A model generated the notes under the pieces. It saw only the letters and a list, made by a program, of their open reading frames with translations. It was not told where the DNA came from and searched no databases. 64,000 nt of DNA, from positions 512,001 to 576,000 of the forward strand of contig JBBCGK010000001.1 of the NCBI GenBank assembly GCA_037200965.1, written 5' to 3'. Positions 28,046 through 36,705 of the stretch are shown here, piece after piece. This DNA comes from a bacterium (GTDB lineage Bacteria; Patescibacteriota; Minisyncoccia; Phycocordibacterales; Phycocordibacteraceae). Numbering within the stretch: the stretch's first letter is position 1; each line of letters opens with the position of its first letter. A program made the translations under genes and the position numbers.

Positions 28046-28738
28046 CTATCTTTTAAGCAGTTGCTTCGCGTGTTTGACTACAGCTTCTTTCCACGCGCGC
28101 TCATCGGTGGTATCGATTTCAGCAAAGACCGGAAATGACAGCTTCCTTCGGGTCCAAGTCCCGCCTCCCTCGTTTTTCCACGCGTAGTGGAGCGGCGTAC
28201 GCCGCCACATCTCGCGTATTTTCACTATCGCTCCTTTCGGCCGGTCGCTTCCCTTCCAGGAAGAGGAAGCGCCTCCGAAAAAGTCGTTCGGACTGCCGCT
28301 ATGCTGCGCAAGAATCATGCGGCCAAGCATCGTATCGATGTCTGCATACGTACGAACAAATACAAGGCGCGCGTCAACATCTTTTGCGTTCTTAATAAAG
28401 TTCGCGCGCTTCTCCATATCCAAAAAGTCGGAGTCGAGTATCGCATTCCCTCCCCGGCCCACGACTTCGAGCGCCGCGTTTTCGCCGATTACGCGCACGC
28501 GCCGGTACGATTCCTTTTGCTTGCGGAGCGCCACGCGTATCGCGTCGGCTTCGACGACGGTGCCGCCGATATGCCGCGCGAATTCGCGGGCGACCGAACT
28601 CTTGCCCGAGCCGACAAGGCCGACAAGCGCCACCATGACTGGCTTTTTCGTTTTACGTTTGGAAATCCGAAGCGACGAGATAAACGTGTCCTGCACCCCG
28701 CGTTCCTTTTTACCCAGGATTTCTTTTTGTTGTTTCAT
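28046..28738 (-). CDS. P-loop NTPase / AAA-domain kinase-like protein
   Basis: Walker A LVGLVGSGKSS; start taken at internal M (MKQQKEIL). Confidence 0.5.
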   Translation of the reverse strand: MKQQKEILGKKERGVQDTFISSLRISKRKTKKPVMVALVGLVGSGKSSVAREFARHIGGTVVEADAIRVALRKQKESYRRVRVIGENAALEVVGRGGNAILDSDFLDMEKRANFIKNAKDVDARLVFVRTYADIDTMLGRMILAQHSGSPNDFFGGASSSWKGSDRPKGAIVKIREMWRRTPLHYAWKNEGGGTWTRRKLSFPVFAEIDTTDERAWKEAVVKHAKQLLKR

Positions 28739-29007
28739 AAAGATAAGTATAGGGGATGGTGGGGCGTGGATTAACCGTTGACTTCCCCGCAGTGGCTGAT
28801 ACAGTGCCTCCCCATGGCCCCAAACGTACGGGCCTGTGTACATGCTTCATCACCAACCACCAACCTTTGGGGAATTGAATGGTTCAAATCACCACCGTCC
28901 TTAGCAGGAACACCGCCGATCCGCGGATTGTCTGCTGGACTCGCGCATCCACGATCGAACATTTCGCCGCGCTCTTGGTCAATGACCGGAGCGTTCGGGT
29001 CGAACCG

Positions 29008-29421
29008 ATGACTACTGTCAAGAAGGAGATGCTCGAGCTTCCTCTCTTGATCGACTCGGGCAAGGCTGTCAGGACCTTCGAGACAGGTCCGGGAGACATG
29101 CGTTCGTTCGTGCATCTCATCGAAATCCTCGCGCCGTATCGGCCCGAGCTTGTGCGCGACGGCCGCTGGCGCGCAGCCGCGACAAGGGCGGGCGTTCCCC
29201 CGCTCGAACTCGCCGACGCCGCGAAAGCGGCGCTCGAAAGCGTCGCGGACGATCATCTGAAGCTCGTCGCGGTCGCTCTCGGAATCGTCGAGACGGGCGA
29301 GCTGCATGACGCGAAGCTCCGGACCTACACGCTTCACGAATTCTTCGGCGCTCTGTGGAAGGCCGTCGCTGGCGACGGATCAATTGACCAGCACCTGCCG
29401 GCAGTGGCCGCGTCAGGATAA
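29008..29421 (+). CDS. hypothetical protein
   Basis: Plus-strand ORF preferred over the antisense 28771..29337 ORF because it is followed by a hairpin terminator (29449-29480). Confidence 0.35.
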   Translation: MTTVKKEMLELPLLIDSGKAVRTFETGPGDMRSFVHLIEILAPYRPELVRDGRWRAAATRAGVPPLELADAAKAALESVADDHLKLVAVALGIVETGELHDAKLRTYTLHEFFGALWKAVAGDGSIDQHLPAVAASG

Positions 29422-29448
29422 TCGGGTATTGGTGGTTATGGGCTCGGG

Positions 29449-29480
29449 GGCGCGGCTTCGGTCGCGCCTTTGGCTTTTTA
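29449..29480 (+). terminator. rho-independent terminator
   Basis: ggcgcggc-ttcg-gtcgcgcc followed by tttggcttttta. Confidence 0.5.
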
Positions 29481-29543
29481 TGCAGTTCACATCCGGGCCC
29501 GAGCGGCCGTATGCGGGGCCGGACCGGTGCTATAGTTACGCAT

Positions 29544-30017
29544 ATGGCGCAGAATTTTGCCTTCGAGTGGCAAGGCAAGGAGTACGAATACGACGAGAAG
29601 ACCGCCGACTGGTACTGGGCTCTTGGCATCCTCGCGACCGCGGCGGTGCTCGCCTGCATATTGCTTGGCGATTTTCTCCTTGCCGTCCTCATTATCGCGG
29701 CCGCGATCGCGATCGCGCTCCAGTCCGCAAAGCGCTCCGTGATACACCGCTTCAGGCTCGACGCGGAGGGCCTCTCCATCAACGGCGACCTCTATACGTT
29801 CCACAATATGCAGTCCTTTTCTATTCTTGAATATATCGACGAGACGCTTCCTCCTTCCCTTTCGATCAAGACTTCGAGCCTCCTCACGCCCCACCTCATC
29901 ATCCCGCTCGTCGGCGTCGATCCCGTGAGCGTCTACGAATACCTCAATATCCATGTCGAGCACGTGTACCACCCCGAGACCCTCATGGAACGCGTGGTGG
30001 AATTTTTGCGTCTCTAG
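29544..30017 (+). CDS. hypothetical membrane protein
   Basis: MAQNFAFEWQGKEYEYDEKTADWYW then two TM helices. Confidence 0.4.
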   Translation: MAQNFAFEWQGKEYEYDEKTADWYWALGILATAAVLACILLGDFLLAVLIIAAAIAIALQSAKRSVIHRFRLDAEGLSINGDLYTFHNMQSFSILEYIDETLPPSLSIKTSSLLTPHLIIPLVGVDPVSVYEYLNIHVEHVYHPETLMERVVEFLRL

Positions 30018-30048
30018 TGTACAGTCAAGCAGTTAGCGGTGCGGCATT

Positions 30049-30120
30049 GCTCCCGTCGTTCAATGGATAGGACGCAACCTTGCGGAGGTTGTGATGTAGG
30101 TTCGATTCCTACCGGGAGCA
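30049..30120 (+). tRNA. tRNA-Arg with anticodon GCG (unusual)
   Basis: GCTCCCGTCGTTCAATGGATAGGAC-G-CAACC-TTGCGGA-GGTTG...TTCGATTCCTACCGGGAGCA. Acceptor and D-arm nearly identical to the neighbouring tRNA-Arg(CCG). Confidence 0.6.
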
Positions 30121-30213
30121 CACATTCACGTTAACTCCAGCGGGCAAGCGCTTCTTTGATAAGCTTTTGCGTTGTATGGAAGGGGCGCGTATCATCGGTT
30201 TGTTCCGTCTTCC

Positions 30214-30285
30214 GCTCTCGTCGTTCAATGGATAGGACAGCTCCCTCCGAAGGAGCAGATATAGGTTCGATTCCTATCGAGAGCA
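30214..30285 (+). tRNA. tRNA-Arg (anticodon CCG)
   Basis: GCTCTCGTCGTTCAATGGATAGGAC-A-GCTCC-CTCCGAA-GGAGC...TTCGATTCCTATCGAGAGCA. Confidence 0.8.
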
Positions 30286-30388
30286 CAGCGGTTAGAGACC
30301 AAAACAATGTCCGTGAGGCGCCGCAAACGGTGCGATATCGCGCGGGATGTTTGCACGCAAAAAACGGAACGAGATTCCGGCTTTTGCG

Positions 30389-30631
30389 CTATCCGGCATA
30401 GAAGTGAGTCCGCAAGTCGTCCTCTGAAATGTAGTGCGATGCCTGTCGGAAGATTCCGACCACCGCTCCCGTCTTGAGCTCCTTGTGATCCGGGATGAGG
30501 AGCGCTTGCCGGTGCCCGTTTCGTTCGCGTACAAGCGTTATGTGGCTCCCGCGTTGACGCTCTATCTCGAACCCAAACTGCGCGAGTATCTTGACTACTT
30601 CCTGTCCCGAGAGACGCCTCGGCTTAGGCAT
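30389..30631 (-). CDS. hicA: HicA-family toxin (type II TA mRNA interferase)
   Basis: MPKPRRLSGQEVVKILAQFGFEIERQRGSHITL...; 8-nt overlap with upstream hicB. Confidence 0.8.
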   Translation of the reverse strand: MPKPRRLSGQEVVKILAQFGFEIERQRGSHITLVRERNGHRQALLIPDHKELKTGAVVGIFRQASHYISEDDLRTHFYAG

Positions 30632-30851
30632 GCGCGAGCGCCGGAAGCTCGAAATTCACGAGCACCGAAGGAGTAGCGGCAAAGCCGAGCTCGGAAAGGT
30701 CCTCACCCTCCAAGAACAGGCCGACTGCTTCGCGGATATTGGCCATAAGCTCGTCAAGGGTGTCACCTTGAGTAACAATAGGCACGGACACGCCTTCGGC
30801 GACGTAGCCCCCATCGCTCTCGGACACCTGAAATTGCAGGATGTTTTTCAT
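30624..30851 (-). CDS. hicB: HicB-family antitoxin
   Basis: 75 aa; ...GGYVAEGVSVPIVTQGDTLDELMANIREAVGLFLEGED... Confidence 0.75.
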   Translation of the reverse strand: MKNILQFQVSESDGGYVAEGVSVPIVTQGDTLDELMANIREAVGLFLEGEDLSELGFAATPSVLVNFELPALAHA

Positions 30852-31038
30852 AGGAGTATTATACCACCCGCCTGATTTTCGAGTGAGATTTGCCCATCTG
30901 TCATAACAAGCCTGTTACGCCAGTGCTCCGGCGGCGAAACTCGCCAAAAGACTTCTGTCACGACAACATTCACGGCCGAGTTGGAGCACAAAAAACACAA
31001 AGCCTGCATGCGCGGGCCTTTTGTTGTTTGTGAAAAAC

Positions 31039-31305
31039 TTACTTCCCTATCCTCCGGATCGCCTTCACGAGACGGCTCTTCTTGCGGGATGCGGCATTGG
31101 CCTTGATGACGCCGCTCTTGGCCGCCTTGTCGATCGCCTCCTGCGCCTTTGCGAGGAGTTTTTCCGCGTCGACTGCCTTGCCCGCGGCGATGAGCTTCTT
31201 CACTTCCTTGGTCGCGTCGCCAAGCGCGCGCTTGCGGCGCACGTTGAACAGATGCCGCTTTTTGGAAACGCGCTGCGCTTTCTTCGCCGATTTGGTGATT
31301 GCCAT
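31039..31305 (-). CDS. rpsT: 30S ribosomal protein S20
   Basis: MAITKSAKKAQRVSKKRHLFNVRRKRALGDATKEVKK. Confidence 0.85.
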   Translation of the reverse strand: MAITKSAKKAQRVSKKRHLFNVRRKRALGDATKEVKKLIAAGKAVDAEKLLAKAQEAIDKAAKSGVIKANAASRKKSRLVKAIRRIGK

Positions 31306-31360
31306 TGCCCGATACTATGCCACCCGCCTTGTTTTAGCAAGCAAATGGTACGATACGGGC

Positions 31361-31915
31361 ATGATTCGCCAGATACGCGGCACGGTGCTCTCGATCGAGC
31401 AGGAAGGGGTGGTGGTCGAGGTGGGAGGGGGGTTCGGCGTGTTCGTCCGCACCGCTTCGCCCGAAGTTTTCTCGACTGGCGCCGAAGCGGCGCTTTCAAC
31501 CCACCTTGCCGTGAAGCAGGACGGGCTCGAACTCTACGGATTCCCCGATCCGGCCGACCTCGCGTTCTTCGAGCTTCTCCTGCAGGTCTCGGGAGTCGGC
31601 CCGAAAACCGCGCTTTCGATCCTGAAGCGCGCGCCGAGAGAAGCGCTTGAAAACGCGATCGCCAAGCGCGATATTCCGTATCTCACGAGAGTCGTCGGTC
31701 TCGGGAAAAAGGCGGCGGAAAAGCTTGCCGTGGAGCTATCAGAGAAAATGAAAAGGGGGGCGGGCGAAGCGGGGGCGGACGCCGAAGTGTTCGACATGCT
31801 GGTGGCACTCGGCTACACCGAGCGAGAAGCCCGCAAAGCGCTTACGGGAGTCCCCGCGGAAGTGCTCGGTACCGACGCCCGCTTCAAAGCGGCGCTCGCC
31901 TCTAATACCCGCTAG
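31361..31915 (+). CDS. ruvA: Holliday junction branch-migration protein RuvA
   Basis: MIRQIRGTVLSIEQEGVVVEVGGGFGVFV...LLQVSGVGPKTALSIL. Confidence 0.85.
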   Translation: MIRQIRGTVLSIEQEGVVVEVGGGFGVFVRTASPEVFSTGAEAALSTHLAVKQDGLELYGFPDPADLAFFELLLQVSGVGPKTALSILKRAPREALENAIAKRDIPYLTRVVGLGKKAAEKLAVELSEKMKRGAGEAGADAEVFDMLVALGYTEREARKALTGVPAEVLGTDARFKAALASNTR

Positions 31916-31917
31916 CG

Positions 31918-33177
31918 ATGAAGAATTTTCTCTCCTCGCTTCTCCCCCGCTCCGCGTACCGGGAACTCGTAAAGCCCTACCACTACGCCTTCGCGCTCGG
32001 AAGCGCACTCTGGTACGGATTCCCCGCGAGAAAACTCGTCGTTATCGGAGTCACCGGCACCAAGGGAAAATCCTCGGTCACGGAAATGCTCGCGGCCATC
32101 CTCACCGAGGCCGGGTATAAGACGGCGCTCGCCGGGACCATCCGTTTCGCGTGGGGAGACGAGTCGCGGCCGAACCTTCATAAGATGACAATGCTCGGCC
32201 GCGGCTTTCTCCAGAAGTTCCTTTCGAAGGCCGTTGAGAAAGGCTGTACGCATGCGGTGCTTGAGATGACGTCCGAAGGCACGATCTTGTACCGCCATCT
32301 TTTCCTCGAACTCGACGCGCTCGTATTCACGAACCTCCAGAAGGAGCACATCGAGTCGCACGGCTCGTTCGCGAATTATTTCCGCGCGAAGCTCCGGATC
32401 GCGGAAGCGCTTGCCGCCTCGAAAAAGCGGCCGCGCGCGATCGTGGCGAACGCCGACTCGACCGGAGCGGACGCGTTCCTTGCGACTCCGGTCGAGGACC
32501 GGATTCCCTTTTCCCTCAAGGACGCGAAGGATATCGAACTTGGCGACGGGAGTGTCGCGTTCACCTATCGGAATATCCGGTTCTCGCTTCCGCATCCCGG
32601 ACACTTCAGCGTACTGAACGCGCTTGCCGCTACGAAGGCCGCGGGGTTCCTTGGCGTACCGGTCGAAATTTCCGCAAAGGCGCTTGCCGCGCTCGCGCGC
32701 ATACCGGGCCGGGCCGAGCGGATAGAAAAAGGGCAGGATTTTACGGTCGTCGTCGACTACGCGCATACGCCGGATTCGCTTAAGGCCCTCTATGCGGCAT
32801 ACCCGGGACGCAAGATTTGCGTTCTCGGAAACACCGGCGGCGGGCGCGACGGCTGGAAGCGCCCCGAGATGGGCAGGATCGCGGACGAGTCGTGCGATGC
32901 GGTATTCCTCACCGACGAGGACCCGTACGACGAGGACCCGGAGACAATCGTGCGCGCGATGGCGGAAGGCATGAAACGCGAGCCTTCGATCATCATGGAT
33001 CGCCGGAAAGCCATACGGGCAGCGCTTGCGGCCGCGCGCCCTGGAGACGCCGTTCTTATAACCGGAAAAGGCACCGATCCTTTCATCATGGGCCGAAACG
33101 GTATGAAGACTCCCTGGAGCGATTCGCGGGTCGCGGGCGAAGAGCTTGAGAAACTCCTTGCCGAAGCCGGAGCCTGA
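31918..33177 (+). CDS. Mur ligase family protein (MurE-like, lacking the usual N-terminal domain)
   Basis: VIGVTGTKGKSS P-loop, VLEMTSEG, DYAHTPDSL. Confidence 0.75.
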   Translation: MKNFLSSLLPRSAYRELVKPYHYAFALGSALWYGFPARKLVVIGVTGTKGKSSVTEMLAAILTEAGYKTALAGTIRFAWGDESRPNLHKMTMLGRGFLQKFLSKAVEKGCTHAVLEMTSEGTILYRHLFLELDALVFTNLQKEHIESHGSFANYFRAKLRIAEALAASKKRPRAIVANADSTGADAFLATPVEDRIPFSLKDAKDIELGDGSVAFTYRNIRFSLPHPGHFSVLNALAATKAAGFLGVPVEISAKALAALARIPGRAERIEKGQDFTVVVDYAHTPDSLKALYAAYPGRKICVLGNTGGGRDGWKRPEMGRIADESCDAVFLTDEDPYDEDPETIVRAMAEGMKREPSIIMDRRKAIRAALAAARPGDAVLITGKGTDPFIMGRNGMKTPWSDSRVAGEELEKLLAEAGA

Positions 33178-33189
33178 TATCATAGGAGC

Positions 33190-34173
33190 ATGCAGCACGA
33201 TGCGCTCTTCTTCATCGGCATCTTCATATTCATTTTCCTCGTATGGGTGGCGACCGGCGGACCTTCACGCCCGATCTCGTTCGCGGGTCCTTTTCTTTCT
33301 TCGCCGACAACCGCCGGGAACGTCACGACCTATTATCTTCCCCAGGCTTCGTTCGGCATCGGGGACAGCAATGAACAACTGTCACTCTACGGCGGCGGCA
33401 CGACGAGAACGTCCCTTTCAAACATCCAAAGCGAAGCGGACCGGCTCGCCGAACAAGTGAAGGACGCGGCGGCGTTTGGCACTCCGTCGCCATACCGGGG
33501 ACTCGTGAGCATAAGCAAGAGCACGGCGGGACCCGCGAACGCCGATTACGAACAGGAATATGTCGAGATCGATATGTCGCGCCAGGCGAAAGAAGGCGTC
33601 GACATCACCGGATGGAAGCTTATAAGCACCGCGAGCGATCGCGTCGGAGTCATACGCGAGGGCGCTACCGTACCGCGGACGGGAAGCGTTAACCCGACCG
33701 AGCATATCGTGCTTCAGCCGGGCGATCGCGCCATCGTCTCGACCGAGCGCTCCCCTATCGGCGTCTCCTTCCGCGAGAACATGTGCACCGGATACCTGGG
33801 CCAGTATCAGAATTTCTCCCCGCACCTTTCCCTGAGCTGCCCCGATCCGCTCTCGGAATTCGACCGCTACTACGCAGGCAATCCTCTTAAGGACGACGCC
33901 TGCTATGATCTGATGCGCGACACGCGGCGGTGCGAGATTCCTTCGGATAAGAGCCGGAGGCTCTCGAGCTCCTGTTTCGACATGATCGACAACCGCCTCA
34001 ATTATAACGGCTGCGTCGAAACACACCGGAACGACCCGGATTTCGCGAGAAACACGACCTGGCGCATCTATCTCAACCGCGACGAGGATGACGGCGAAAT
34101 TTGGAAAGCCGACCGCGAAGGCATCAAGCTCGTCGATGCCGAGGGAAAGACCGTGGACCTATTCACGTATTAG
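33190..34173 (+). CDS. membrane-anchored secreted protein with lamin-tail-domain-like segments
   Basis: N-terminal TM; EYVEIDMS...VDITGWKL and DGEIWKADREGIKLVDAEGKTVDLFTY resemble LTD repeats. Confidence 0.45.
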   Translation: MQHDALFFIGIFIFIFLVWVATGGPSRPISFAGPFLSSPTTAGNVTTYYLPQASFGIGDSNEQLSLYGGGTTRTSLSNIQSEADRLAEQVKDAAAFGTPSPYRGLVSISKSTAGPANADYEQEYVEIDMSRQAKEGVDITGWKLISTASDRVGVIREGATVPRTGSVNPTEHIVLQPGDRAIVSTERSPIGVSFRENMCTGYLGQYQNFSPHLSLSCPDPLSEFDRYYAGNPLKDDACYDLMRDTRRCEIPSDKSRRLSSSCFDMIDNRLNYNGCVETHRNDPDFARNTTWRIYLNRDEDDGEIWKADREGIKLVDAEGKTVDLFTY

Positions 34174-34196
34174 CGGTATAAAAAGCTGGTTCGCAC

Positions 34197-34269
34197 GCGC
34201 CCGTAGCTCAGTCGGTAGAGCAGCTCCCTTTTAAGGAGACGGTCCCTGGTTCGAGCCCAGGCGGGCGCA
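34197..34269 (+). tRNA. tRNA-Lys (anticodon TTT)
   Basis: GCGCCCGTAGCTCAGTCGGTAGAGC...anticodon loop CTTTTAA...TTCGAGCCCAGGCGGGCGCA. Confidence 0.85.
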
Positions 34270-34270
34270 C

Positions 34271-34307
34271 AAAATGAAAAGCCTCCTTATTGGAGGCTTT
34301 TCATTTT
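34271..34307 (+). terminator. rho-independent terminator after tRNA-Lys
   Basis: aaaatgaaaagcctcc-ttat-tggaggcttttcatttt. Confidence 0.6.
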
Positions 34308-34353
34308 ATACGGGCAGTGTTACAAGTAGCGGGAAGTTCTAGAGGATAATGCC

Positions 34354-34698
34354 ATGATTTATATCTTTGGCCTGGTGCTCATGGCCAATTTGTACCTGAA
34401 GCAAAAAGCTCCGGTTTTATGGCCCGTAAGCGCAGGCGCGCCGGAGCCGGAATTCACCGAGTACTCGCGGGCATTTCACGCCATGATCGCCTTCGAGAAA
34501 CGGCTGTTTCCGTTGGCAAACAGGATCGCGCTTGTGGGACTTCTCGGAATCGCAACAGTTGCGCGGTTCGATTACGCTGCCGCAACAGATGTTCTGTTCG
34601 CCCTTGTCTGCTTGAGCTATATCGGGCTCAATTATCTCCCGCAGTACTGCCCTTACGCCCTGCGCGACTCGAAACTTCTCGAACGCATCGTGGGCTAG
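34354..34698 (+). CDS. hypothetical small membrane protein
   Basis: 114 aa with hydrophobic helices, followed by a long-stem terminator. Confidence 0.4.
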   Translation: MIYIFGLVLMANLYLKQKAPVLWPVSAGAPEPEFTEYSRAFHAMIAFEKRLFPLANRIALVGLLGIATVARFDYAAATDVLFALVCLSYIGLNYLPQYCPYALRDSKLLERIVG

Positions 34699-34750
34699 TG
34701 CCGCCTCACCAGAGACCCCTCATCGGCTCTCGGTGAGGCGGTTTCTGTTT
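34699..34750 (+). terminator. rho-independent terminator (long stem)
   Basis: gccgcctcaccagag...ctctcggtgaggcgg followed by tttctgttt. Confidence 0.55.
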
Positions 34751-34863
34751 AGAATTCACAAATTGCAGTGCCAGTATTCTCTTTTTTCAAAGCCGTACGA
34801 TGGTACACGGCCGAAATAGATTCGAAATTTCTGCGAAACGCTAAATATGCTATACTGGCAGCA

Positions 34864-35094
34864 ATGAAACACATTATCCAGTACCGGATTTTCAAAGGCG
34901 ACACGCACTACGTCGCCGAGGGTTTGGACTTGCCGGTGGTGACCCAGGGCGAGACGCTCGACGAACTCGCAAAAAATATCCAAGAAGCCACGGAACTCTG
35001 CCTCGAAGGAGAAGACCCCGCGGACTTCGGCCTTTCTCCGGCTTCTCCCGTGCTGGTAAACTTCGAGCTTCCGCGCGCTCTGGCGCATGCCTAA
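34864..35094 (+). CDS. hicB: HicB-family antitoxin (paralog 2)
   Basis: MKHIIQYRIFKGDTHYVAEGLDLPVVTQGETLDELAKNIQEATELCLEGED...; ~60% identical to the 30624..30851 product. The track ORF starts earlier (34768). Confidence 0.7.
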   Translation: MKHIIQYRIFKGDTHYVAEGLDLPVVTQGETLDELAKNIQEATELCLEGEDPADFGLSPASPVLVNFELPRALAHA

Positions 35095-35332
35095 GACAAA
35101 AACCTTAAGCGGGCAGGAAGTCGTGCGAATCTTCGGGGGCTTCGGGTTTTCCACAGCGGACCAGCGAGGAAGTCATATCAAGCTGCGTCGTATTGCCAAG
35201 GACGGCACCCGCGAGACCCTCACCGTTCCCAACCACAGGGAGCTTGATCGCGGCACGGTCGTATCGCTTTTCAAGCAAGGAACACGGTATATTTCGGAGT
35301 CCGAACTCAAGCCGCATTTCTATACGCCTTAA
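35087..35332 (+). CDS. hicA: HicA-family toxin (paralog 2)
   Basis: MPKTKTLSGQEVVRIFGGFGFSTADQRGSHIKL...; ~60% identical to the 30389..30631 product. Confidence 0.8.
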   Translation: MPKTKTLSGQEVVRIFGGFGFSTADQRGSHIKLRRIAKDGTRETLTVPNHRELDRGTVVSLFKQGTRYISESELKPHFYTP

Positions 35333-35365
35333 TATGCGGAGTTTGATTCTTGTCTCCTGCGCGCG

Positions 35366-35968
35366 TCAAGCGTGCTCGAGCGCCTTATACCCGTATCCGC
35401 TCCCGCTGTCGGTCTTGATGATCCTGTAAAACCAGTACTCCATCTCTCCGTCGGAGCGCTTCGCTCCAATGCCGAAGACATACGGTTTGTGGGACGCGAC
35501 ATCCCCCGACTCATACATGCGGATAACTGATTGCAAGTCGGTAAGGGACGGTTTTGGGATTCCGGACGCGGGATGCGTATGGACATCACCAATTAAATGG
35601 AAATCCCTGTACTCGGCGTGCCTTTCTTGTATTTCCTCGATGCGCCTCCTCATCAATCCGAGATCGACCGAAACCGTCTCGACGCCCTCTTTATACGAGC
35701 CGTATTTTGTCAGCTCTTCCTCCGTCTCCTGATAGACGCCTTTAATCTGGAGATTGACTTGGCCCGCACTGTCAATCGCATATGACCCGAGCAGAGCACC
35801 GTACCGCTCGGTTCCGGTCGCAGCATCCGCACCGGAAACTTTCGGCAAATGATCGACCACATCGGGCGCAAGTTCGAAAGAAACTTTTAGATTCTCATCT
35901 AGAAAATCGATACTGGGGATCTGTTCTTGATGAGGCTTTCTTTCAGGAATGTGAGGACCTTCACTCAT
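35366..35968 (-). CDS. JAB/MPN (JAMM) metalloprotease-domain protein
   Basis: JAMM motif HLIGDVHTHPASGIPKPSLTDLQS plus an upstream Glu. Confidence 0.65.
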   Translation of the reverse strand: MSEGPHIPERKPHQEQIPSIDFLDENLKVSFELAPDVVDHLPKVSGADAATGTERYGALLGSYAIDSAGQVNLQIKGVYQETEEELTKYGSYKEGVETVSVDLGLMRRRIEEIQERHAEYRDFHLIGDVHTHPASGIPKPSLTDLQSVIRMYESGDVASHKPYVFGIGAKRSDGEMEYWFYRIIKTDSGSGYGYKALEHA

Positions 35969-36006
35969 ACTTTAATCATATCATTCCTTAATAATTGCGA
36001 CGTAAA

Positions 36007-36705
36007 TCAAAGCGACAGCGCGAAACGCTCGAGCGCAAGCGTAAGATCGCTTCCGGTACGGCGGGAATCCTGGAGCAAGGAAATGAGTTTGAGCGAGAGT
36101 TCGCGCGCAGCACGCGGCGGATACGCCCTCCCGCCTCCTTTCGCGAGAATGTCGCGCGCCTTCCAGTGGAGGAGGCCGTGGAGCATCTCGGGAGCGTCGC
36201 CCTGGCGAAGCGCCCGCTCGATCTCAAGCCACAATTTCTCGCCGTCGCGGGCGGCAAGCGCGTTCGTAAGGTTGATGTTGAACCCGCGGGCGGGAGGGGC
36301 CTTCGGAAGGTCGAACGCATAATCTTTCGCGGCCCTGGCGATGATCTTCTTCGCCTTCGCCGCAAGAAGTTTCGGCGCCACTATCACGATCGCATTATCA
36401 GACGCGGCGAGCATGTCGAGCGCGGATGCGAACACATCCTTATCCTCCTCCTCTTCCTCGTCTTCCTCTTCGTCTTCCACCGCTTTCCTTTTTGTTTTCG
36501 CGAACGGATCGTCAAACAGCACGAGAAGTCGTTTTATAAAGAGCCCCCCGGACTGCGCGGCATCCTCAAGCACGCTTTCCGTGATGTCCTCCTTGGCGAT
36601 GCGCGCATACGCGAGCCCCGGTTCCTTCGCGCGCGCGGCCGCGACCCAGGCGAACGCCTTCTCGCGCACCTTGTCCGTATCTGAGCCGTGGAAAAGATAG
36701 ATCAT
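36007..36705 (-). CDS. holA: DNA polymerase III delta subunit-like (HolA) with acidic low-complexity insert
   Basis: MIYLFHGSDTDKVREKAF N-terminus typical of compact HolA; sits immediately downstream of polA with a 4-nt overlap; contains DEEEDEEEEEDKD. Confidence 0.5.
   Translation of the reverse strand: MIYLFHGSDTDKVREKAFAWVAAARAKEPGLAYARIAKEDITESVLEDAAQSGGLFIKRLLVLFDDPFAKTKRKAVEDEEEDEEEEEDKDVFASALDMLAASDNAIVIVAPKLLAAKAKKIIARAAKDYAFDLPKAPPARGFNINLTNALAARDGEKLWLEIERALRQGDAPEMLHGLLHWKARDILAKGGGRAYPPRAARELSLKLISLLQDSRRTGSDLTLALERFALSL

Noticed and set aside
28771-29337. 188-aa minus-strand ORF overlapping 29008..29421
   Set aside because: Arg/Asp-rich, no terminator; the plus-strand ORF has a downstream hairpin terminator and more protein-like composition. 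The choice is low-confidence.
31912-33198. 428-aa minus-strand ORF opposite the Mur ligase
   Set aside because: Antisense artefact, Arg-rich.
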